Shown here: positions 45,105 through 55,235 of the stretch, one piece after another
Layout: each line of letters opens with the position of its first letter
Numbering within the stretch: the first letter of the stretch is position 1
Assembly: GCA_017629175.1 (NCBI GenBank)
Contig: JAGBXS010000079.1
Location: 1 to 55,235, forward strand
Direction of reading: 5' to 3'
Source: Clostridia bacterium
Lineage (GTDB): Bacteria > Bacillota > Clostridia > Oscillospirales > CAG-382
Length of the DNA stretch: 55,235 nucleotides
Notes under the pieces: model-generated
Database searches by the model: none
What the model was told of the DNA's origin: nothing
Seen by the model: only the letters and a program-made list of their open reading frames with translations
Program-made: the position numbers and the translations under genes

Positions 45105-45128
45105 TCCGCGAGGAAACACCCACGCGGA
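45105..45128 (-). terminator. riboswitch expression-platform terminator (attenuator)
   Basis: Minus strand: tccgcg ... cgcgga stem followed by TCTTTTGTATTCTTTT, between the TPP aptamer and the thiT SD. Confidence 0.55.
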
Positions 45129-45156
45129 CCATAACACAAACCGAATCGTTACAATC

Positions 45157-45236
45157 TCCCTACGCTGGTATTATCCAAATCAGGTTAAAGGGTTCGGCAG
45201 TCAAGCCGTCTCAGCCGTTTTACACAGCACCCCTGG
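45157..45236 (-). promoter_or_regulatory. TPP (THI-box) riboswitch aptamer
   Basis: Minus strand reads CAGGGGTGC...GCTGAGA...ACCCTTTAACCTGATTTGGATAATACCAGCGTAGGGA, matching the conserved THI element core. Confidence 0.9.
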
Positions 45237-45271
45237 CACGTTTATCGACGCGTATTCTTTTGTTCGGCGTT

Positions 45272-45300
45272 ATTGTAGCACAGTTTCAGCCGTTTGTCAA
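45272..45300 (-). promoter_or_regulatory. near-consensus sigma-A promoter for the riboswitch-thiT unit
   Basis: Minus strand: TTGACA, 17 nt, TACAAT with TGn. The -35 box overlaps the thiN stop codon. Confidence 0.6.
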
Positions 45301-45914
45301 GGCCTATTTTCGATCACCAGCAGAAGATCTCCCTCATGCACGGTGATCTCCGCCTCTGCGCCGCAGAATTCGTTGCTGACCCCCAAGGGATAGTTATCTG
45401 TCAGCACGGCGTTTTCCAGCTCGTAGGACAAGCCCTTTACCGTCACCACCGCTTCCCCGCCCGGTGCAAACAAAGAAACGAAGCCTTTGTTCTCGGCGGA
45501 AAAGGTCACGCTCTCCTTTCGCAAGAGGGAGATCTCGCATCCCTTGCCGTAAAGCGTGCCGCGGGCTCCCTCGTCTGCAAGCCAGCGAAGCAACTGCAGA
45601 TTTGCCACCGTGTGGCTGATACGGTCTCCCCCCAAGCCGCCGTAAAGGCAGAAGGTCTTGTAGCCTCTCGCCAAGCCCTCGCGGCAGGCAAGCATCAGAT
45701 CCGTCTCGTCCTTGCGGACGGGGTGCAGGATCAGATTTGGCTCTTCGGGAACGTACCCCAGAGAATCAAAATCCCCGAGGATCAGATCGATACGGATCCC
45801 TCTGCGCTTTAAAATCTCAAGCCCGCCGTCAGCGGCGATGACCAGATCCGTCTCGTCCGGGCAAAAGGCGGTGGAGGAATTCTCCCCCGCGCCCACGATA
45901 TAGCAGGTCTTCAT
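45297..45914 (-). CDS. thiN: thiamine diphosphokinase
   Basis: CYIVGAG...VIAADGG...LILGDFDS motifs of the TPK family. Confidence 0.88.
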   Translation of the reverse strand: MKTCYIVGAGENSSTAFCPDETDLVIAADGGLEILKRRGIRIDLILGDFDSLGYVPEEPNLILHPVRKDETDLMLACREGLARGYKTFCLYGGLGGDRISHTVANLQLLRWLADEGARGTLYGKGCEISLLRKESVTFSAENKGFVSLFAPGGEAVVTVKGLSYELENAVLTDNYPLGVSNEFCGAEAEITVHEGDLLLVIENRP

Positions 45915-46708
45915 GCTTCTGTCTCCTCATAGACGGGAACGGTAACCCCGTCGCCGCTTTGCTTTAAGGTTACCTTTGCCGTCAGGGAAAGCTCCAACCG
46001 CAGATCCTCTTCGTCGGGAATATACCCCGGGGTATAGGGCGCGGTTTCGAAGAGAGTCACCGTCAGCTTGACGGTCACGGAGGTGACCTCTCCGTTCTTG
46101 ACGGAATAGGTATAGGTCACGTCGCCGTAGGACTCCTTTTCTCTGTCCGGCACGCGGATCCCCGCCAGGCTGTACAGATCCGTTTTCCAGATCTCCTCCA
46201 CCAAGGTCTTCTGCCCTTGGTTTGCCACCAGCGTATACAAAACGCCGTCGTGGGTCTCCTCTACGGAAAGGAACCCTACCTCCGCAAACCCGGGCATGGG
46301 AATATCGCAATAGGGGAACGCATCGAAGAACTCCTCGGGCTTGGTCTCGATATCGTAGACCTCCCCGCTCTCTATATGCTTTTTCACACCGTTGGCGTAA
46401 TATTCCTCGCTGTTGTAGGTGGTAGCAAGCAGGGTTGCGGTGTATTTCTGCCAAGCGGTCTCCGCCTGCTTGTCATACGCGGCTTCCCCTTGAATGAAGT
46501 AAAGCACTCCCGCTTCCCCGGTTTCGTCATCCCCGAAGGTGGCTTCCATCAAAAAGCCGATCTTCCCTCTTTCCACTGCCTCGTAGCCCTCGTGAAGAGA
46601 AACGAGGGTGTTATACACACCCTCGTCAGGCTTTGTCTGACAAGAGGTCAGCAAAAGCATTGCTATCAGCAGAAGGACTAAGGGCTTTACCAAAGTCCGT
46701 TTTATCAT
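45911..46708 (-). CDS. hypothetical lipoprotein
   Basis: Signal peptide plus lipobox LLTSC. 4-nt overlaps with both neighbouring genes. Confidence 0.7.
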   Translation of the reverse strand: MIKRTLVKPLVLLLIAMLLLTSCQTKPDEGVYNTLVSLHEGYEAVERGKIGFLMEATFGDDETGEAGVLYFIQGEAAYDKQAETAWQKYTATLLATTYNSEEYYANGVKKHIESGEVYDIETKPEEFFDAFPYCDIPMPGFAEVGFLSVEETHDGVLYTLVANQGQKTLVEEIWKTDLYSLAGIRVPDREKESYGDVTYTYSVKNGEVTSVTVKLTVTLFETAPYTPGYIPDEEDLRLELSLTAKVTLKQSGDGVTVPVYEETEA

Positions 46709-49326
46709 CTGCCCACCTTTTCTCCTGCGATGAATTGCTCGAGCTTGTCAGCAATGTTGCGCAGGGAGCTGATACGGCAGTAGTAGCTGCCCGCGCCGTT
46801 CACGGTATAATACGCACGGCTGGAGGAAACGCGGTAGAACACGTATTCCTTGCTATCAGTGGTGGTCTTGATCTTAATGCGCATATATTCCTCGGGGGTA
46901 TCTCCCTCGGAGGGCTCATATACGTCTCTGATATACAGCTGTACCACGGAAAGATACAGATAACGGAAGCTTTCCTCGTCCATCTCGGTATCGCCCCACA
47001 GAACGGAGGTCAGCTCCTTGCCGTCTGCGGTTACCTTGAAGACGTACTCCTTGCCGCCAACGGTCATGGACATCTCTTCGATCTCGTAAACGTACATACC
47101 CACCATGGAGTGATCCACGTACTCGATCAGATCCCACTCCAGCCAAGGAGCGGTCTCAAGAGAGATCCGAGCCACCAAGCCGGTGCAGAACATCTGGCTC
47201 TTGCCGTTTCCGTAAAGATCGCCGGTGATGGTGGAATAGACGTAATAGCACTTGTTCTCCTCGTCGTAAGCGGAAACGTAGACATCCGTCACAAATCCAT
47301 CCAGGGTATAGGAGAAGTGCATTGCAGGCTTATCCAGCCCGAACTCTGCCAGCACGTCAGTCTTCAGGGTATCGTCCGCATCCTTGTGATGCTCACTGAT
47401 ACCCACCTTGGCAACGCTGTCACCCTTCAGGGTAGCAAGGCCGTTGATAAAGTCAGCAAAGTTGGTGCTGTCCAAATACGCGTAATTCTTTCCCTCGGGA
47501 ATGTAGCCGGAGGGAGACAGCAAGCGCCACAAGCCGGTAAGGGCATCGTTGGGAACGGCATCCTTTCCGTCTGCCTTTACTGTCAGCTCGTCGATGACCA
47601 TATAGCCCACAGCATCGGGCATATCAAAGGTCAGCTCGATCATCACCACGGGCTCGTCGCTTTCGATACGGACGGTATATTCCTTTACCGTATCCTCCTT
47701 ATGGTCGGAGAAATCCAAGCCGTGGTCGGTCACCTTGCGGAAGTTCTCACCGTCATAAGAGTAACGCACGGTGACCTCATCGGGGAGGAGGGCGGCGTAT
47801 TTTTTGTTATCGGAGTCCAACAGCAAACCGAAGGTGCATTCGTATACGCCGTCGGAGGCAATGTTGGTCACCGCCGCACGGATCACGAAGCTGTTCTTAT
47901 CACTGCTGGCAAGACCTGCAAGATAAGCACCGTCCTTCTCTCCCGTCCAGTCGGAGTAGGACAATCCGGAGGTGGCGTAGGTCTTTCTGTCCTTCAACAG
48001 TTCACCGATGGAGCTATTGTTGGAGGAAGCATTGTCGGAGAATCCTACCACGGGCAGGTTCAGCACCACGGCGTTGAGGGGATTTTCGGGATCGAGGTAG
48101 AAATCCATCTCCACCTTTTCGATCTCGTAAATATCGTTCACGTCCTGAATGCCGTTTACCAGCTGCGCCTCAAAGAACTGCTCCACAGGCTTGGTCAGGT
48201 TGTTATCTACGTTGGCGTAAGGCAACAGGAAGATCTTATCGCTGGGGAACTTCTCGAGCACCTCTTCGCCCTTCATCTTCAAGCCGAAGTACATCGCGTA
48301 GTAATATGCACCGGAGGAAGCCTTCTTACCAACCTGCACCTGATGCACGTAGAAGCTTCCATCCGCTTCCGGAATGGTCATCAAGGTGAAGCGGCAGGTC
48401 AGCGCTTGGTCCTCGCCGAAGCCGTAAGCGGAGTAATTCAAGCGATCCTCCAGCTTACCCGCGGTCACCACGTAACGGCAGTCTACCAGCAGAGATGCAA
48501 AGGTCTCTGCGTTATAGGTCAAATACTCACAGCCATTGAAATAGAAGGTGCCTTTTTCGTCCTGGTAGATCTGGAATTCGCCGGTGGGGTTCTCCACTTC
48601 CAGGTAGGAGATGTTCTCTCTGCTGACCATGGGGAACATAACCACACCGCCGGAGACCAGAACAGTGTTACCGTCCTTATCAAAGCCCTCCAGAGGACGC
48701 AGCGCAAGCTGCAGCGCCTCTTTTCCGGTGAGCTTCAGAATGGTGTTGGTAAAGATTGCCTCCCCGTCGAAGCCGTAAACAGCGCTGTCGATGGGGCGGG
48801 TCTTATAGAAGGATGAATAAGTGAATTCCTCAGTCTTGCCGCCGACGGACACCTTAACGCCGTTGAAGGAATCTCCGCTCTTGAAGGAGATATCCACCTT
48901 GCCCGTCTGCTTTGCATACAGAGTGGCGTAGGTATAGATGCGGTAGACGTAGGGATCGCTCTCTTCGTTAAGCTCGTTCTCCAAGCGGTTGCAGAAAATA
49001 ATCTCAACGTCGGTATCCAAGGCTTCCAAAGCGGTCACGGTCTGCTCATCCAGCGCATAGAAGGCGGGCAGAGGCGGTTCCTCTTTTAAAAACAGAAAAT
49101 ATGAGCTCAACAGCAGTGCGGCAACCGCCAAAACCACCCCCACCAGAATGATCTGGTTCTTGATGGTAAAGCGGAAACCACTGCGGCGGCGTTTGTTCTC
49201 ATTGGTTTCGGAGAATACGGAGAGGATCTCCTTTTTCTCCTCCTCGGTCAGCTCATGGGGATCACGGGGGTATTCTACCTCCGTTTGCTCCATGGCTTCG
49301 CGATTTTCGTTTTGTTCCATGCTCAT
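46705..49326 (-). CDS. large membrane-anchored DUF4340-like protein (873 aa)
   Basis: N-terminal TM helix after a charged ~55-aa head, beta-rich body, and FGLDKPA-type motif typical of DUF4340. Sits downstream of a GldG-like gene. SD AAGGA. Confidence 0.75.
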   Translation of the reverse strand: MSMEQNENREAMEQTEVEYPRDPHELTEEEKKEILSVFSETNENKRRRSGFRFTIKNQIILVGVVLAVAALLLSSYFLFLKEEPPLPAFYALDEQTVTALEALDTDVEIIFCNRLENELNEESDPYVYRIYTYATLYAKQTGKVDISFKSGDSFNGVKVSVGGKTEEFTYSSFYKTRPIDSAVYGFDGEAIFTNTILKLTGKEALQLALRPLEGFDKDGNTVLVSGGVVMFPMVSRENISYLEVENPTGEFQIYQDEKGTFYFNGCEYLTYNAETFASLLVDCRYVVTAGKLEDRLNYSAYGFGEDQALTCRFTLMTIPEADGSFYVHQVQVGKKASSGAYYYAMYFGLKMKGEEVLEKFPSDKIFLLPYANVDNNLTKPVEQFFEAQLVNGIQDVNDIYEIEKVEMDFYLDPENPLNAVVLNLPVVGFSDNASSNNSSIGELLKDRKTYATSGLSYSDWTGEKDGAYLAGLASSDKNSFVIRAAVTNIASDGVYECTFGLLLDSDNKKYAALLPDEVTVRYSYDGENFRKVTDHGLDFSDHKEDTVKEYTVRIESDEPVVMIELTFDMPDAVGYMVIDELTVKADGKDAVPNDALTGLWRLLSPSGYIPEGKNYAYLDSTNFADFINGLATLKGDSVAKVGISEHHKDADDTLKTDVLAEFGLDKPAMHFSYTLDGFVTDVYVSAYDEENKCYYVYSTITGDLYGNGKSQMFCTGLVARISLETAPWLEWDLIEYVDHSMVGMYVYEIEEMSMTVGGKEYVFKVTADGKELTSVLWGDTEMDEESFRYLYLSVVQLYIRDVYEPSEGDTPEEYMRIKIKTTTDSKEYVFYRVSSSRAYYTVNGAGSYYCRISSLRNIADKLEQFIAGEKVGR

Positions 49327-49349
49327 GTGCGTTTCCTTTCAGAGGAGGA

Positions 49350-50903
49350 TTACAGGTGTCTGCGGCGAACGAAGACTACCAAGCCGGCGATCAGGATCAG
49401 CGTGGGAAGAACCGCACAGATGATGATGCCCAAACGGGTGGCAACGTTGGTCTCAATAGCAAGCGCCACGTCGTTGATAGGCTTGTATTCGATATCCAGA
49501 GAATAACGCTCCACGCCCATGGTACGTGCGGCGGAAAGCATCAAAGAGCCGTTACCGAAAGCGGCGGAATCGATACTGCCCAAACCTGCGAAGTCGGTGG
49601 AGCCCACCAGCATAACATACTGGTACTTCATAACCTGGTTGGTGCTGTTTTCGTCGTCAAGGTCTACGTAATCGCCGTTAGCGGAAAGCAACATCAGGGG
49701 GAACCTACCGGTTTTCGGCTCGCCACCCTGGCTGTAGGTAGAGGTAGCGTTGCTGTCGGAGGTAAGAACCGTTTCCACGGAGAAATCGTCCTTGGTGCCC
49801 GCAGAAGCGGAATACAGCTCCACGCTGTGAGGCATTACCACGCGGATACCGTTGGTAATCAGGCTCTTGGTCAGCTGATATGCGGCGCTGTTATCGGGAT
49901 TTGCAAAGTCGGTATAATATTGTGCGGAAAGATTCAAAGGATCGTTGCCGAAATTTGCGGTGGTATGGCTTACCTGATGATAGGCCTTGTAGCCCAAGCC
50001 CCACTCCTCCAGCAGATAGTCGGAAAGATTGGGAAGCTCGGGAGTCTGGTCGTCCACCATCACGATCAGGTTGTTGTAGCCGTCGGTGTAATCCATCAGC
50101 TTTTCCACCTCTTCGGCGGTAAAGTCCCTGGTAGGATCGTTGACGATCACGATCTTGGTACGGGGATCAATGGCATCCTTGGCAAGGTCTGCCTCCAGCA
50201 CCTCAAAGCCGGCGTTCATCAGAACGTTTGCCAGGGAGGTAGCGGCTTTCCCCTCGGAGAGCTGAGCAGGCTCGCCGTGGCCCTTGGTGAAGGTTACCAC
50301 CTGGGGCTCGGAAACACAGCTCTGCAGCAGTGCGGTGGTAAGACGAAGTTCGCCGTTAAAGCCCACGTAGCTGCCGGTCTCGCTATCTACCATCATAAAG
50401 GCGTTCAAGGTCAGCACTCTGGCGTGGTACTTACCCTCTACGATGATGTTGTTGGAGTTCAAGGTGGTGTTGGTGATCTCGTTGTAGCGAGTCGCCCACT
50501 CGGGATCTCTGGTCAGGTTTTTGTATTCTACCTTGATGCCGCTGTACTCGTAAGCATATTCCTCACAGAGGTCACGCACCAAAGCCACGGGGTTCAAGCC
50601 GTTGAGGCCGTCATTGGCACTGCCGCTGTAAGTATCGTAGGCATCTCTGTCAGCCAAAAGATAAATGGTGGCTTCCAGATCACCGGATTCCTCCAAGCCG
50701 CCCAGCACGTTGCGGGAAACCTCTCCGATGGAGATGAACTCCTCGGCAGTAAGGTCGATGTTCAGGTTGATAGAGCCTGCTACGGAAGAAATTACCAGGT
50801 TCAACGCGATGACCAGCACCACGAAGACTACGGTATAAATAACGGAGAGAGAACCGCGCTTGATGCGGTTGTTTCTGCTCTCTTTTTGTGTTCTTGCGTT
50901 CAT
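49350..50903 (-). CDS. GldG-like ABC-transporter auxiliary protein (ABC_transp_aux)
   Basis: 517 aa with one TM helix at each end and a large extracytoplasmic domain. SD AAAGGAGA. Confidence 0.8.
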   Translation of the reverse strand: MNARTQKESRNNRIKRGSLSVIYTVVFVVLVIALNLVISSVAGSINLNIDLTAEEFISIGEVSRNVLGGLEESGDLEATIYLLADRDAYDTYSGSANDGLNGLNPVALVRDLCEEYAYEYSGIKVEYKNLTRDPEWATRYNEITNTTLNSNNIIVEGKYHARVLTLNAFMMVDSETGSYVGFNGELRLTTALLQSCVSEPQVVTFTKGHGEPAQLSEGKAATSLANVLMNAGFEVLEADLAKDAIDPRTKIVIVNDPTRDFTAEEVEKLMDYTDGYNNLIVMVDDQTPELPNLSDYLLEEWGLGYKAYHQVSHTTANFGNDPLNLSAQYYTDFANPDNSAAYQLTKSLITNGIRVVMPHSVELYSASAGTKDDFSVETVLTSDSNATSTYSQGGEPKTGRFPLMLLSANGDYVDLDDENSTNQVMKYQYVMLVGSTDFAGLGSIDSAAFGNGSLMLSAARTMGVERYSLDIEYKPINDVALAIETNVATRLGIIICAVLPTLILIAGLVVFVRRRHL

Positions 50904-50924
50904 TTCGTTCTGTTCTCCTTTCCG

Positions 50925-51632
50925 TTACGACCAACGGCGCTTATCGTATACGCGAACCGTCAGGAACACAAAGACTGCCGCAAGGGAGAAGTAGTACATA
51001 ACGGCAGGAATGCTCAGAGCCTGGTTCATAAAGGGCACGTAACGATCCAGGATGGAGAACCACTCCAAAATACCCTGCAACCAAGCGAAGGGAATGGAAT
51101 CGATCACCAGGGAGACCAAAAGCATCGCCACGATGGCACCGATGGAGGATACCGCCGCGATCAGCTGGTTTTGAGTCAAAGAGGAAAGGAACAAGCCCAC
51201 GGCAACAAACGCCGCACCGATCAGGAACACGCCTAAGATGTTCGCTACGATGGAGCCGGTGTTGGGAGTGCCGTACATATAAAGAAGCACGAAGTTAAAA
51301 ATGTTGGCGATAAAGGTACAGCCGTAAATGGTGAGCGCGGCCAGGTACTTACCCATAACCATACCCGTCAAGGAAACGGGAGCGGTCAACAGCAGCTGCT
51401 CGGTCTTGGTACGGCGATCCTCCGCGAACAGCTTCATGGTCAGCAGAGGGATCAGAATGGCGAACATAAGAATCATATAGAAGAAATATTCGCTCAAGCT
51501 GGCGGTGCTTTGGTTTGCCAGAGTGGTGAAATAGAACAGCAATCCGGAAACCAACAGGAACATACCGCAGAAGATATAACCGATGGGAGTCACGAAATAA
51601 GAGCGAAGCTCTCTTTTATAAATAGCAAACAT
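50925..51632 (-). CDS. ABC-2-type permease (GldF-like)
   Basis: 235 aa with 6 TM helices. N-terminal YKRELRSYFVTPIGY is typical of the family. Confidence 0.85.
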   Translation of the reverse strand: MFAIYKRELRSYFVTPIGYIFCGMFLLVSGLLFYFTTLANQSTASLSEYFFYMILMFAILIPLLTMKLFAEDRRTKTEQLLLTAPVSLTGMVMGKYLAALTIYGCTFIANIFNFVLLYMYGTPNTGSIVANILGVFLIGAAFVAVGLFLSSLTQNQLIAAVSSIGAIVAMLLVSLVIDSIPFAWLQGILEWFSILDRYVPFMNQALSIPAVMYYFSLAAVFVFLTVRVYDKRRWS

Positions 51633-52593
51633 CAGTTTTTACCTCCTTTGACATTTCTTCCCTTGCGCTGTTCACCTACCAAGCGGATAAAGATATCCTC
51701 CAGGCTCAGCTCCATGCCCTCCAGACCAACCAGCGGCCAGCCCTTGGAAGCCAGGGTGTAGAACAGCGGCTTTCTTGCATCCACCCGATCCTCAGACTCG
51801 ATGAGGTAGCTGATGCTGTCGGTATCGCGCTTGCCCAGCACGTCAACGGAGCGGATGCCGGCAACGCCCTTCAAGGTTTTGAGAACCTCGTCCTGAGGGC
51901 CTACCACCTTGGCAACCATCTTACGGGAGCCGTCCACAGCGGTAACCAGATCCTCGGTCTTCTCGTTGGCAACCACCTTACCCTTGTTGATAACCACGAT
52001 ACGGTCACAAACGGCCTGTACCTCGGGAAGGATGTGGGTGGAAAGGATGATGGTATGCTCTTTACCCAGCATACGGATCAAATTACGGATATCGATGATC
52101 TGCTTGGGATCCAAGCCTACGGTGGGCTCGTCGAAGATCAGCACTCTGGGGTTTCCGATGAGTGCCTGCGCAATGCCCACACGCTGACGGTAGCCCTTGG
52201 AAAGGTTGCCGATCAGACGGTCGTAAACGTCACCGATCTTTACCACGTCGCAGATCTCCCGGAGATGCTGGTTGCGGGGGAAGGTACAACCCTTCAGATC
52301 GTAAATAAAGCTGAGATACTCCTTGACAGTCATATCCGTATACAGCGGAGGCATCTCGGGCAGGAAGCCGATGTTGCGCTTTGCCTCCAGAGGGTTCTCC
52401 AAAATATCAATGCCATTGACACGGCAGGTACCGCTGGTGGCGGAAAGATATCCGGTAAGGATGTTCATGGTGGTAGACTTGCCGGCGCCGTTCGGCCCCA
52501 GGAAGCCCATGATCTCGCCTTCCTCTACGCGGAAGGACACGTCATCTACCGCCCGTTGCGTACCGAAAACTTTACTGAGTCCGTTGATCTCGA

Positions 52594-52597
<4 letters not shown>
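51632..52597 (-). CDS. ABC transporter ATP-binding protein (GldA-like)
   Basis: Walker A GPNGAGKST, signature LSKGYRQR, Walker B LIFDEP. Confidence 0.93.
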
Positions 52598-54387
<1,790 letters not shown>

Positions 54388-54390
54388 CTT

Positions 54391-55235
54391 TTATTCTCCT
54401 TCTTTCACGCCAAGCGGTTTGCGCTGGCCGGGATTTTCCAAAAATTCTGCGTAGCGGTAGCCCTGTGCCTCCGCCTGAGCAAGCTGCTTGCCCACTTTTT
54501 TCTTCTTTTTCACCAAGGTCACGTCAAACTCGTCGTGGAGGGTGCGGGCGTAACGAATGGCCTCTGCGATCTGTCCTTCGTCATAGAACAGTGCAATGCG
54601 CTCCTTCTGCCCCAGCTCACCCCGCTGGCAAAGCACGGAGAAGATCCGCTCGAAGCCAATGGAGAAGCCTACCGCGGGAACGGATTCCCCGGTAAACTTG
54701 CCGATCAGATTATCGTATCTGCCGCCACCTGCAACGGTTCCGCCGAAGGCAGGGCACTCGATCTCAAACACGGTACCGGTATAATAACCCTGACCGCGTA
54801 CCAAGGTGGCGTCGAAAATCACCTGATACTTCCCTTCCGCCAAGGCGTTGGTCTGCTCCAAGATAGAAGACAGCACCTCTGCCTCCGCCTCACAGCCGTA
54901 AGCCGCAAGGGTCTCAAGGCGAAGGTCACCGGTAAGGATGGAGATCAGCTTGTCTGCCGCCTCCTCCCCAAAGCCCTTTTCGCAAAGCTCGTTCTTCACG
55001 CCGTCAAACCCGATCTTGTCAGCCTTGTCCACCGTGACGCACACGGTATCGGAGGCCTCTGCGGGGAAGCCGCACCAGATGATCAGATTGCGCAGCAGGT
55101 TGCGGTGGTTGATCCGCACCTTGAACTCATCGATGCCCACCGCCAGCAGTGCTTCTGCGGTGACGGAGATCAGCTCCACCTCGCAATCCATGCTGTCGGA
55201 GCCCAGGATATCGATATCGCACTGAACGAACTCAC
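54391..55235 (-). CDS. hisS: histidine--tRNA ligase (3' portion; 5' end beyond the window)
   Basis: RGQGYYTG, GGGRYDNL and GFSIGFERI class II HisRS motifs, plus the C-terminal anticodon-binding domain. The reading frame stays open to the window edge. Confidence 0.9.
   Translation of the reverse strand, partial: EFVQCDIDILGSDSMDCEVELISVTAEALLAVGIDEFKVRINHRNLLRNLIIWCGFPAEASDTVCVTVDKADKIGFDGVKNELCEKGFGEEAADKLISILTGDLRLETLAAYGCEAEAEVLSSILEQTNALAEGKYQVIFDATLVRGQGYYTGTVFEIECPAFGGTVAGGGRYDNLIGKFTGESVPAVGFSIGFERIFSVLCQRGELGQKERIALFYDEGQIAEAIRYARTLHDEFDVTLVKKKKKVGKQLAQAEAQGYRYAEFLENPGQRKPLGVKEGE

Noticed and set aside
46633-51236. 727-aa and 626-aa plus-strand ORFs (46633..48816, 49356..51236)
   Set aside because: Antisense shadows of the DUF4340-like and GldG-like/permease genes. 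The products are G/V/H/Q-rich and featureless.

Overview
G+C-rich chromosomal segment of a Firmicutes/Clostridia-type spore-former. The taxon is an inference from intact pro-sigK, DUF1540, rny-ymdB, rplS-lepB-rbgA-rnhB synteny, TPP-riboswitch/ThiT and AGGAGG-type SDs; an Oscillospirales-like origin is only a guess. I support about 60 tightly packed, mostly housekeeping genes. On the plus strand: rpmE, hflX, CapA-like lipoprotein, a tmk-like kinase, DJ-1, CPBP protease, mltG, a U32 peptidase, a divergent P-loop NTPase, a four-subunit 2-oxoacid:ferredoxin oxidoreductase, ispD, ispF, nagA, an M16 peptidase pair, lgt, maf, a cysteine desulfurase, thiI and DUF1540. On the minus strand: queA, an MBL hydrolase, sigK, proBA, an M29 aminopeptidase, yajC, ymdB, rny, a Cys/Met PLP enzyme, thrC, yraN, rnhB, rbgA, lepB, rplS, thiT with a TPP riboswitch, thiN, an ABC/GldG/DUF4340 module, aspS and a partial hisS. 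By eye I found no rRNA, tRNA, CRISPR array, transposase, integrase or recognisable defence system. I did not find one clear-cut novel system; the least ordinary parts are these. (1) A self-contained operon at 21.2-24.6 kb encodes a small-export-type membrane protein, a xylose-isomerase-like TIM barrel fused to a motif-degenerate Gfo/Idh/MocA-like domain, and an uncharacterised protein; next to it is an independently transcribed, enlarged ADP-ribosylglycohydrolase. (2) An A+T-richer two-gene islet at 28.1-29.2 kb is followed by a 0.4-kb non-coding composite of repeated hairpins at 29.25-29.68 kb. (3) A GldA/F/G-like ABC module with a giant DUF4340-like protein is translationally coupled to hisS-aspS. 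(4) The 3' end of the oxidoreductase gamma-subunit gene appears to carry a 1-nt frameshift. Many long ORFs in the track are antisense shadow ORFs typical of G+C-rich DNA and were rejected. All protein family calls come from motif recognition by eye, not from searches.
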